Assembly: GCA_022826705.1 (NCBI GenBank) | Contig: JAJDUJ010000029.1 | Location: 11,026-75,025 of the forward strand | DNA from: Acidimicrobiia bacterium | GTDB taxonomy: Bacteria; Actinomycetota; Acidimicrobiia; Acidimicrobiales; Bin134 | Reading direction: 5' to 3' | DNA: 64,000 nt | Program-made: the position numbers and the translations under genes | Part shown: piece after piece, positions 10,155 through 18,521 of the stretch | Layout of the letters: every line of letters starts with the position of its first letter | How positions within the stretch are numbered: the first letter of the stretch is position 1 | Notes under the pieces: generated by a model | Database searches by the model: none | What the model saw: the letters and a program-made list of their open reading frames with translations, nothing else | What the model was told of the DNA's origin: nothing

Positions 10155-11228
10155 ATGACCGCTACGCTGGACAGTGTGACCGCTCCGGCCGCGTTCGATC
10201 AGATCCCCGTGGTGGATCTCGGCCCCCTGTCGGGTACCCGGGCCGAGCGCGAGGCCCTGGCCGAGGAGCTGTGCCGGATCTGCCACGAGGTCGGCTTCCT
10301 GCTGGTGGTGAACCATGGGGTGTCCGACGACCTGAGCGGCAACATCTTCGCCATGCTGCGGAAGTTCTTCGCCTTCTCCGAAGAGCAGAAGAAGTTGATC
10401 GACAAGCGGCGCTCCCGCCACTTCCGGGGCTGGGAGCCGGAGGGGGCCGAATACACCAACAATCGCCCCGACATCCGAGAGCAGATCGACTGGTGGACCG
10501 AGTGGCCTGCCGAGCCCAAAGACGTCGAGCCCTACTACCTGCGCCTGCTGGGCCCCAACCAGTGGCTTCCCGATGGGCTCCTCCCCGGCCATAGAGACCT
10601 CACCAACCAGTGGTTCGACGAGCTGGGGGGCTTGGCCAACCGCCTCTTGGGGGCGCTCTCGCTGGGGCTGGGGCTGGGAGAGGATTACCTGGAGCGGTCG
10701 TTCGGAACCCAGACCATGTCGCTGGCCAAGTTCATCCACTATCCCCCCACTCCCGAAGGTGAGGCCGGTGTCAACGCCCACCGAGACACTGGGTTCTTGA
10801 CCGTGCTGGATCCCGGCCCCACCGCCGGGCTGCAAGTGCAGAACCAAAATGGCCAGTGGATCGACGTGCCCTCGGTGGAGGGGTCGTACGTGATCAACCT
10901 GGGCGAGACGCTCCAGGCCATGACCGGCAACTACCTGGTGGCCACCGCCCACCAGGTGATCACCACCGAAGAGCGCTACTCGGCAGGCTACTTCCACGGC
11001 CCGTCGCTCGATGTGGCCCTAACCACGCTGCCGCTCGAAGAGAAATTCGCCGCCGCCGTAGCCGCCAGCCCCCACCACAACAGCGCCGGGTTCATGGCCA
11101 GCATTGCCGAGACCCAGGCCGGTGTGGCCGACATGTCCAGCTCCTACCGCCCCTCCACCTACGGCGAGCAGCTCTGGAACTACTTCTCCCGCAGCTACCC
11201 CGAAAACGTCGCCGCCCACTACGGCTAG
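10155..11228 (+). CDS. Isopenicillin N synthase-like Fe(II)/2OG oxygenase
   Basis: IPVVDL, GFLLVVNHG, AHRDTG (HxD), GLQV, ATAHQV, RYS. Confidence 0.88.
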   Translation: MTATLDSVTAPAAFDQIPVVDLGPLSGTRAEREALAEELCRICHEVGFLLVVNHGVSDDLSGNIFAMLRKFFAFSEEQKKLIDKRRSRHFRGWEPEGAEYTNNRPDIREQIDWWTEWPAEPKDVEPYYLRLLGPNQWLPDGLLPGHRDLTNQWFDELGGLANRLLGALSLGLGLGEDYLERSFGTQTMSLAKFIHYPPTPEGEAGVNAHRDTGFLTVLDPGPTAGLQVQNQNGQWIDVPSVEGSYVINLGETLQAMTGNYLVATAHQVITTEERYSAGYFHGPSLDVALTTLPLEEKFAAAVAASPHHNSAGFMASIAETQAGVADMSSSYRPSTYGEQLWNYFSRSYPENVAAHYG

Positions 11229-11304
11229 TACTTTCAGGTAATTACAGCTATAGCCACTAGCTATGGCTATGATTTACTTCACGAGTCGTTGGGGAGGTCA
11301 CCTC

Positions 11305-11589
11305 ATGGCAGCAAAACAGCGGACCATTCCGGCTGGAGAGTTCAAGAACCGGTGCCTGGCCCTGATGGATGAGGTGAACGAGACCGGCGAGGAGATCGTG
11401 ATCACCAAGCACGGCAAACCGGTGTCGCTCCTGATTCCGGTGAAGGAGCGGAAGCCAATATTCGGGATGTTCAAGGATCAGATCAAGATCACCGGCGACA
11501 TTATGTCTCCCGCTATCCCTCTTGAGGATTGGGAGGCCATCAGCAATCCCGACCGGGTGCTAAATCCTGAACTCCCAATTCGCGAGTGA
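11305..11589 (+). CDS. Phd/YefM family antitoxin
   Basis: AGEFKNRCLALMDEV..TGEEIVITKHGKPV; GGAGG RBS before ATG 11305; overlaps toxin start. Confidence 0.88.
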   Translation: MAAKQRTIPAGEFKNRCLALMDEVNETGEEIVITKHGKPVSLLIPVKERKPIFGMFKDQIKITGDIMSPAIPLEDWEAISNPDRVLNPELPIRE

Positions 11590-12002
11590 TCCTTCTCGAC
11601 ACCCACACCATCTTGTGGTCGACGACGGATTCGCATCTCCTAGGAGATCGATTCAGGGCCACGCTCGAAACAGCATGGGATGCTGGCTCTGTGGCTGCTT
11701 CGTCATTCGTGTTCTGGGAGCTCGCCCTATTGCAGGCGAAAGGAGTACTGGAAATGGCCCAGCCTCCACGGCAAATCAGGGACAAACTGCTAGCGAACGG
11801 CCTGACCATTATCCCGGTGGACGACGAAATCGCCATTCGGTCTGTTGAGCTTGGCGCGGCGGGATTCCATTCCGATCCCGCCGATCGGATCATTACCGCC
11901 ACAGCCATCGTCGGCGGCTACCAGCTGGCCACTGCCGATCGTGCGATCACCGATTGGGCCAACCGAACCAGGCTTGTCTCAATTCTCGACCCCAAGAATT
12001 GA
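11586..12002 (+). CDS. vapC: VapC PIN-domain toxin
   Basis: ILLDTH, WE, HSDPADRIITATA, LATAD. Confidence 0.9.
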   Translation: MILLDTHTILWSTTDSHLLGDRFRATLETAWDAGSVAASSFVFWELALLQAKGVLEMAQPPRQIRDKLLANGLTIIPVDDEIAIRSVELGAAGFHSDPADRIITATAIVGGYQLATADRAITDWANRTRLVSILDPKN

Positions 12003-12024
12003 CGAAGCTCTGAATTCACCGTCT

Positions 12025-13235
12025 TTAGGGCGGTTCGGGGGGTTGCTGCCAGGGGGGTTTGAGGTAGGGGCGGTTGGTGTCGGGGTGGTGTTCGACTGTC
12101 CAGTCGCGGTGGTGGGCTTTGTGGTGGCAGGAGTGGCAGAGCAGCACGAGGTTGTCTTGCTGGGTGGGGCCTCCGTGTTGCCATTCGATGACGTGGTGGG
12201 GCACGCACCACTCGGGCTCGGTCCCGCAGCCGATGCAGCCTTGGTCTCTGGCGGTGATGGCGGCTCGGAGTTGGGGGCTGGGGTGGCGTTGGCGGCCCAG
12301 TGAGAGGCATTGGAGGTCGGCATCGAAAATGCCGGTGAGGATTTCGGCGTCGCAGGCCAGCTTGCGGAACTCGTCTTGGGGAATCGGTGTGCCATCGGCC
12401 AGGCGGGGGTTGCCGAGTTGGCGGTCTATGGCGTCGTAGTCGGCGAGGATCAGCAAGCTGGTCGGCTGGGGCTGATCGCCAGCTTCGCATCTGTGGTTCT
12501 AGTCAACAGCTCCGCGATTGCATCAGCCCGCCGATGGCGGGCGTCAAGGCGCTCTCGGCCGGTGGTGGCGTGCCAGGCCATGTCGGTCTTGTGGTTCAGC
12601 GCGGCTCGGATGCGCTGTGCGGTGACAGGGTCGAACAGGGCGAACAGGCGCCACATGCCGTCGTCTTGTTCGGTGAAGCTGGCCATGCGGGCCTTCCGCT
12701 GGCGCTCAAAGCGCTTGGAGCCGTCATTATCGCCAGCCATTTCGTCTTGGTGCTCGCGAACGGTGCGCCTTAGCTGCTCAGGCGTCTGGGTCTCGGCGGC
12801 CTCGACCATCTTGGGCTCGTCTATCGGGCCCGCCTGGGCGGCCGCCCCGAGGATGCGGGCATGCTCGGTGGTGATCCGGCTGTCGGCCAGCGCCCCTCGA
12901 GTAGTCGGCAGCGATTCAAGCTGCTCGGCCTCGCGCATGGTTCGCTGGGCCTGCTGGCCCGACTGGCGCAACTCGGACTTCAGAATGTTGGCCGTGTCAT
13001 AGGGGGTGGTGCGCCGCTTCTTCTCCGCCACCGCCTCGGCCAAGAACCCGTCCAACTGGTTGCGGGACCGCCCTATCAGACGCAGCCGCAAGTCCAGGGA
13101 AGCGTCGTCCAACCCGGTGATGTCCACCGCATCAACATGCACGCCAACCCTGGCGTTTCCCCTGGTCAAAGCCCCAGATACCATGCCTACCAGTCTACCG
13201 ACACCAGTGACGGTATCTCTGTGGCTCACATCCAA
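12025..13235 (-). pseudogene. DUF222 + HNH endonuclease gene split by a frameshift near 12456-12490
   Basis: 12450..13235 encodes the DUF222-like part (RRADAIAEL); 12025..12456 encodes ARDQGC..C...HHVIEWQHGGPT...NLVLLC..CH; the join needs a frame change. Confidence 0.75.
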
Positions 13236-13311
13236 GCTTGTATCTGCTACACAATGTCGTCATTACATTGCGAGCACTTGAGACGTTTCGGGCAGCGGCA
13301 AGGCCTGGTAG

Positions 13312-16300
13312 ATGGATGACTTCCTCGTAGACCGGGATCCCACAACTTGGTCGGCACCGGCAGGGTTTCCGTCATCACTGACGCCGGCGGGGGTGTTTGT
13401 TCAGGATGCTCCAAGCGGGTTGGAGGTGACGCTGGTTCGAGCGTCTAGTAAGCCCAGGACAGCGGAACTGCGTGATGGGTGGTCAAAGCGGCGGGCCGGG
13501 CGGGCCAGCCCGGTGCTGCTGGTGGCGTTCTATCCCACTGCTGAAGGTCAGCTGGTTTCCTTGTGCGGCCCGGTGGGGGAGCCGCCGGTGGTGCACCACG
13601 ACCTCGAAGTGTCGCAGGCCGAGCGCCTGTCTGAGGTGGCGTTGAGCGAGCCCAGCCACCATGCTGCCACCCGGTTCCTGTTGGCGGCCATGCCCGAGCT
13701 GGAGTCGCCTTTCCCCGGACTCCGCAACGTTGGCCTGTTGGCCACTCAAGAACTGAGGGCTGGCGTACCCGATCGAACAGACTGGCCAACCGCTAGCCAT
13801 AAGTCATTGGCGCTTCTTGGGCGTCGAGGCCGACGACTGGTAGAGGGCTTGGGCTTTCACATCCAGACGCTGGCCACCAATGCCTCTATGCTCACCATTG
13901 ACGGCCGCAATCATGCCGTGGCCGTGTTTTGCGACGAGGACGAGCCCTTCGAGGCGCCCTCGAACCGGTTCGACAACACCTCCCCGGTGTCGAGGGCTCT
14001 GGCTCTGGCCGACCAGCACCGGGTGGACTGGGTGATTCTCACCCGGTCGTCGGAGATCCGCCTCTACGCCGCCCGTCCCGACACCGGTGTGGGCCGCAAG
14101 GGTCGGGCCGAGACGTTCGTGGAGCTGAACCTGTCGCTCGTTCCCGATGAGTTGGCCGGCTACCTGCACCTGCTGTTCTCAGCCGATGCGCTGGCCGACA
14201 ATGGCACCCTCGATCAGATACTCGAGCACTCGGCCGATTTCGTCGCCGAACTGGCCGTTCGGCTTCGAGAGCGGGTGTACCACCAGACGGTTCCGGCACT
14301 GGCCAACGCGGTGGCCGCCCGGCGGTCTCGTGATCGACACGGAGACGACTTGGGCGAAGGCGATCAGGCCGACGCCTACGAGCAGGTGATGGTGATCTTG
14401 TTCCGGCTGCTGTTCGTGGCCTACGCCGAGGACAAAGACCTGCTGCCCTATCGCACCAACGGGCGCTACGCCGACCACTCGCTGTCACATATAGCCCGGC
14501 TGCTGGCCGATGATCGCCGCCTGGAACGTGCCGACTATGACGAGCAGGCCACTGATCTGTGGGACGACGTAAACCAGCTTTGGGATGCAGTCAACCACGG
14601 CAATGCCGACTGGGGCGTGCCCGCCTACAACGGTGGCTTGTTCTCCGCCGATCCCGAGGTGAGTCCGTCGGGAGCGGCCATCGCCCATATCAGTCTGACT
14701 AACGCCGAGTTCGGTCCTGCTCTCTCCGCGGTATTGGTGGACCAGAGCCCCGAGGGGGTGGGGCCAGTGGACTTCCGCTCGCTGTCCGTGCGGGAGTTCG
14801 GCACCATCTACGAGGGCCTCTTGGAGTCGAAGCTGTCAGTGGCCCAAGACGATCTGGCCATCAAGACCATCAAGGGCAAAGAGCAGTACGTGCCCGCGGC
14901 CGGAGACGACGAAGTGGTAGTGGAGGCAGGTGCGGTGTACTTCCACAACCGCTCTGGGGTGCGCAAGGCCACGGGCTCCTACTTCACCAAGCCGTTCGCC
15001 GTCGAACATCTGCTCGACAACGCATTGGAGCCCGCCCTCGATGACCATATCGCCCGGCTCGACGACCTGCGAGAGCGAGGCGACGACGCCGCGGTGGCCG
15101 AGGCCTTCTTCGACTTCCGCTGCGCCGACATCGCCATGGGCTCGGCCCACTTCCTGGTGGCCGCCGTCGACCGCATCGAGGCCCGCCTATCGGCCTGGCT
15201 CACCCTCCATCCCGTTGCCGCCGTGACCGCAGAACTGAACCGTCTGCGCACCACCGCCCTCGAAGCTCTGGGCGATCTGGCCGACGGGGTGCCGATCGAA
15301 TCCGGTTCCCTACTGCGCCGCCAAGTGGCCCGCCACTGCGTCTACGGCGTGGACAAGAACCGAGTAGCCGTCGAGCTCGCCCGTCTCGCCATCTGGGTCC
15401 ACACCTTCGTCCCCGGCCTCCCCCTGTCGTTCCTAGACCACAACCTGGTCCAAGGCGACAGCCTGACCGGGGTGACGTCTGTGGACGATGCCGCCGCAGC
15501 GGTTGCGCCGAAGGGGAGCAAGGACGGGGCATCGCTGTTTGTTCATCAGTTGGAGAGTCTCTTGGAAGCCTGCCAAGCGCCCCTGGCTCGACTCGGGCGG
15601 CTCAACGACGCAGACAAGGCCGAGATCGAAGCAGCCCGAACCGCCCACGCCCAGACCCGTGAGGCTGTCTTACCGGCCGAAGCCGTTTTCGATGTGGCCA
15701 CCGCAGTGCGTGCGGGGGCCATTGAAATACACAAGGACTTCGACTTCAGCCCAGAGAAGGTGGCATCCCTAGCCGAACAGTCAGCCGTGCGTGCCGCGGT
15801 GGAGCGGATGACCCCGGTCCACTATCCGACGGTGTGGCCAGAAGTGTTCGCTCGGACCGAGCGAAGCGGCTTCGACTGCCTGCTGGGCAATCCCCCTTGG
15901 GAGAAAGTAGTGGTGGACAGGGAAGTCTGGTGGGGGATGCACCTACCGGGCGTCCGGTCGCTGCCAGTGGCGAAGCGGCGAGCCCGCATCGATGCTCTAG
16001 AGGCACAGCGGCCAGACCTAGCTGAAGAGTTCGAAAGCGAAAGGGAGCGGGCCGAAGCGCTCAAACTGGTACTGCGAGCCACGTTCCCCAACCTCGGGTC
16101 AGGGCAAACCGACCTCTACAAAGCGTTCTCCTGGGCCAACCTCGCCTTGTGCCGAGAAGGAGGCAAGATCGGTATGGTGCTGCCTCGGTCCGCGGTATCT
16201 GACGCTGGCATGGCCAACTGGCGAACCGAGATCGTCGGTGCTCCTATCAATGACGCAACTAAGCGCAGGGGGGGGGTACCCAGCCCGATGCGGCTATCGG

Positions 16301-16977
16301 TGGCCACGGTCATCAACCACAAGGGCTGGGTGTTCGAGGGGGTCCACAACTCCTACACGGTGGCGCTGGTGGCGGTCACCCGGTCTTCTCCGTCGTCACC
16401 TGCCTCAACACCAAGCATTGGGCGTTCGACGGGGTCGACGGCCGCTACACCGTCGCGCTCGTCGCCGTCCGCAAGCTCAGCCCCCGAGCCGAGCCAAGGG
16501 GGTGGCTTTGAGGGCGACCCAGATGAGCCGCATGTAGCCATCTACCCCGGCCCGGCGAGTTCGCCAGCCCATTTCCACACCATGGTGGACGGGAAACCGG
16601 AACTTGTGCCGGTATCGGAGTTCACCCGGTGGTCAAACACGGCGGCCTTCCCCCAGATTCCAACACGACCCGCCTTCCGCGTCTGGCGCAAGATCAAACA
16701 GCATCCTCGCTTCGACGGCGCCGACGTATCTGATCCCGCTGACTCTCTCTCTCTCTCTCTCTCTCGGAAAGCCGCGGAACTGGCGCTTCCGACCGGTTCA
16801 GGGCGACCTCAACGCGACCAACGACCGCCACCGGTTCTGGAACGACGACGGACGTGGCGCTTCCGGGCAGTGGCCGAGTTCCACGCGACGCACGACCGGA
16901 GCAGGTTCGTGAACGACGATGGCGCTTCCGCCCAGTTCGAGAATTCGACGCGACGCACGACCGGAGCAGGTTCGTGA
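13312..16977 (+). CDS. Type IIG/Eco57I-like gamma-class N6-adenine DNA methyltransferase (current phase state, 1221 aa)
   Basis: GSYFTKP, ADIAMGSAHFL (motif I), YGVDKN, LLGNPPW (motif IV), TDLYKAF, WVFEGV (motif VIII); N-terminal WVILT...RLY region. Confidence 0.9.
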   Translation: MDDFLVDRDPTTWSAPAGFPSSLTPAGVFVQDAPSGLEVTLVRASSKPRTAELRDGWSKRRAGRASPVLLVAFYPTAEGQLVSLCGPVGEPPVVHHDLEVSQAERLSEVALSEPSHHAATRFLLAAMPELESPFPGLRNVGLLATQELRAGVPDRTDWPTASHKSLALLGRRGRRLVEGLGFHIQTLATNASMLTIDGRNHAVAVFCDEDEPFEAPSNRFDNTSPVSRALALADQHRVDWVILTRSSEIRLYAARPDTGVGRKGRAETFVELNLSLVPDELAGYLHLLFSADALADNGTLDQILEHSADFVAELAVRLRERVYHQTVPALANAVAARRSRDRHGDDLGEGDQADAYEQVMVILFRLLFVAYAEDKDLLPYRTNGRYADHSLSHIARLLADDRRLERADYDEQATDLWDDVNQLWDAVNHGNADWGVPAYNGGLFSADPEVSPSGAAIAHISLTNAEFGPALSAVLVDQSPEGVGPVDFRSLSVREFGTIYEGLLESKLSVAQDDLAIKTIKGKEQYVPAAGDDEVVVEAGAVYFHNRSGVRKATGSYFTKPFAVEHLLDNALEPALDDHIARLDDLRERGDDAAVAEAFFDFRCADIAMGSAHFLVAAVDRIEARLSAWLTLHPVAAVTAELNRLRTTALEALGDLADGVPIESGSLLRRQVARHCVYGVDKNRVAVELARLAIWVHTFVPGLPLSFLDHNLVQGDSLTGVTSVDDAAAAVAPKGSKDGASLFVHQLESLLEACQAPLARLGRLNDADKAEIEAARTAHAQTREAVLPAEAVFDVATAVRAGAIEIHKDFDFSPEKVASLAEQSAVRAAVERMTPVHYPTVWPEVFARTERSGFDCLLGNPPWEKVVVDREVWWGMHLPGVRSLPVAKRRARIDALEAQRPDLAEEFESERERAEALKLVLRATFPNLGSGQTDLYKAFSWANLALCREGGKIGMVLPRSAVSDAGMANWRTEIVGAPINDATKRRGGVPSPMRLSVATVINHKGWVFEGVHNSYTVALVAVTRSSPSSPASTPSIGRSTGSTAATPSRSSPSASSAPEPSQGGGFEGDPDEPHVAIYPGPASSPAHFHTMVDGKPELVPVSEFTRWSNTAAFPQIPTRPAFRVWRKIKQHPRFDGADVSDPADSLSLSLSRKAAELALPTGSGRPQRDQRPPPVLERRRTWRFRAVAEFHATHDRSRFVNDDGASAQFENSTRRTTGAGS
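16268..16276 (+). repeat. G9 homopolymer inside the methyltransferase gene
   Basis: AAGCGCA-GGGGGGGGG-TACC. Confidence 0.95.
16294..16469 (+). repeat. Two paralogous 28-codon modules (16294-16377 in frame; 16386-16469 in another frame), offset 92 nt
   Basis: LSVATVINHKGWVFEGVHNSYTVALVAV vs FSVVTCLNTKHWAFDGVDGRYTVALVAV; 17/28 identical. Confidence 0.9.
16497..16512 (+). promoter_or_regulatory. Candidate prfB-type +1 programmed ribosomal frameshift signal
   Basis: AGG GGG TGG CTT TGA G in the module-B frame; same geometry as E. coli prfB AGG GGG TAT CTT TGA C; a +1 shift enters the main ORF frame. Confidence 0.65.
16743..16765 (+). repeat. (CT)11C microsatellite inside the methyltransferase gene
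   Basis: GA-CTCTCTCTCTCTCTCTCTCTCTC-GGAAA, encoding SLSLSLS. Confidence 0.95.
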
Positions 16978-16995
16978 ACGACGATGGCGCTTCCG
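16781..16995 (+). repeat. Tandem diverged repeats (74, 65, 65 nt plus a partial fourth), each starting TGGCGCTTCCG
   Basis: Starts at 16781, 16855, 16920, 16985; units encode WRFRPVQGDLNATNDRHRF, WRFRAVAEFHATHDRSRF, WRFRPVREFDATHDRSRF in three different frames. Confidence 0.92.
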
Positions 16996-17011
16996 CCCAG
17001 GAGCAGCGGCC

Positions 17012-17758
17012 ATGAGTGAGGCATGGCCAGTGTACAAGGGCACGTCGTTCAACCTTTGGGAGCCCGACACCGGCATCTATTACGACAGCGCAGACGCAGA
17101 GAGCATGATCGCTCATTTGCATGAGAAGCGGCTGTCGCAGCGTCGTACCCATTCATCGGCGTTCGCCCAACAAGACCAATCGGTCACCGACGATCCAGCA
17201 ACGCTGCCTTGTCGGCATCCGCGTATCGCATTGCGAAATGTGACTAACCCCACGAATACACGCACGCTTCTTGCCGCACTGGTTCCCGGTGATCGGGTGA
17301 TTGTGCATCACGCCCCCTATCTGCTGCGTACTGCGGGTTCGGCTGCTGACGAGGCGTTTGTTCTTGGTGTTCTGTGCTCAATGCCCTGTGACTGGCAGGC
17401 CCGGCGGACTGTCGAGTTGAACCTGACGTTTGAACAGCTCAACTTACTGTCCATTCCCGATCCTGGAAGAGGGCATCCCGTTCGCGACCGAGTAGCAGAA
17501 ATCGCTGCCCTACTAGCTGCCCAAGACGACCGGTTCTCTGGATGGGCCGCTGAAGTAGGCGTGCCTGTCGGCACTGTTGACGCGGGGGGGGGGGCTTGGC
17601 TGCTAGCCGAATTAGACGCCTGTGTCGCCTATCTCTACGGCTTAGACGAGGACGACATCACGGTGGTGTACGACACATTCGGTCGTCCGGGACAGTGGGA
17701 TGAACGACGCGACGCCGTCCTCTCCTGCTTCCGCCGAATCGGGGATTCATGGACCTGA
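17012..17758 (+). CDS. Separately encoded target-recognition (specificity) subunit S1, 248 aa
   Basis: AGGAG RBS at 16999-17003; WPVYKG...PRIALRNVTNPTNTRTLLAALVP...ELDACVAYLYGL, resembling the type IIG C-terminal TRD. Confidence 0.8.
   Translation: MSEAWPVYKGTSFNLWEPDTGIYYDSADAESMIAHLHEKRLSQRRTHSSAFAQQDQSVTDDPATLPCRHPRIALRNVTNPTNTRTLLAALVPGDRVIVHHAPYLLRTAGSAADEAFVLGVLCSMPCDWQARRTVELNLTFEQLNLLSIPDPGRGHPVRDRVAEIAALLAAQDDRFSGWAAEVGVPVGTVDAGGGAWLLAELDACVAYLYGLDEDDITVVYDTFGRPGQWDERRDAVLSCFRRIGDSWT
17584..17594 (+). repeat. G11 homopolymer inside S1
   Basis: GAC GCG GGG GGG GGG GCT TGG. Confidence 0.95.
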
Positions 17759-18521
17759 AGATGCCGCGTCTGAGTTCAACGAGATTTGGCCGGTCTACAA
17801 GGGCACCTCGTTCAATCTCTGGGAGCCGGACACAGGTGTCTACTACGACAGCGCGGATGCTCAGACCATGATTACTCATCTTCAGGAGAAGCGACTGTCG
17901 CAACGCCGCACCCGGACGTCTGCATTTGCTGAGCAGGACGAATCAGTTGCTGATGACCCTGCAACGCTGCCCTGCTTGAATCCCAGGATCGCATTTAGGG
18001 ATGTTGCCCGATCGACAGATACACGAACGCTCATAGCTGCTCTTATTCCCGGTGTCCGGGTAATTGTGCATCAGGCGCCCTACTTGCTTCGCACTCTTGG
18101 TGCAGGCAGGGATGAGGCGTACTTGCTCGGTGTCCTGAGTTCAATGCCTTGCGACTGGCAGTCCCGGCGCACTGTCGAACTGCACATGACCTTTGAGCAG
18201 TTTGGTCTGTTGTCCATTCCCGACCCCGGAGAGGGTCATCCTGTCAGGGACCGAGTCGTGGAAATCGCCGGCCGCCTGGCTGCGGTGGACGAGCGGTTCG
18301 CGGAATGGGCGGCAGAGGTGGGGGTGCCGGTGGGGTCGGCCAATGACGAGACGGCCAAACAAGACCTCATCTGTGAGCTCGACGCCTGCGTCGCCCACCT
18401 CTACGGCCTCGACGAAGACGACTTGGCCGTGGTCTACGAAACCTTCAGCGAAACCGTTGACTACTCCGACCGCCACGCCGCCGTCCGCACCCATTTCAGG
18501 AAGCTGCATGACTGCGGTTGA
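17700..18521 (+). CDS. Second specificity subunit S2 (paralogue of S1), 273 aa; start uncertain
   Basis: WPVYKG...PRIAFRDVARSTDTRTLIAALIP...ELDACVAHLYGL; colinear with S1 at a 763-nt offset. Confidence 0.78.
   Translation: MNDATPSSPASAESGIHGPEDAASEFNEIWPVYKGTSFNLWEPDTGVYYDSADAQTMITHLQEKRLSQRRTRTSAFAEQDESVADDPATLPCLNPRIAFRDVARSTDTRTLIAALIPGVRVIVHQAPYLLRTLGAGRDEAYLLGVLSSMPCDWQSRRTVELHMTFEQFGLLSIPDPGEGHPVRDRVVEIAGRLAAVDERFAEWAAEVGVPVGSANDETAKQDLICELDACVAHLYGLDEDDLAVVYETFSETVDYSDRHAAVRTHFRKLHDCG

Noticed and set aside
16498-16502. G5 run as a second DNA slippage site restoring frame after module B
   Set aside because: Short for frequent slippage, and it forms the SD of a prfB-like signal; kept only as an alternative explanation
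16781-16995. CRISPR array or assembly artefact
   Set aside because: The inter-repeat sequences are paralogous coding segments, not unique spacers; no cas genes; units differ by coherent codon-level changes rather than being exact copies
17012-18521. Diversity-generating retroelement TR/VR pair or invertible shufflon
   Set aside because: No reverse transcriptase or site-specific recombinase nearby; differences are not adenine-restricted; all modules are on one strand with no flanking inverted repeats
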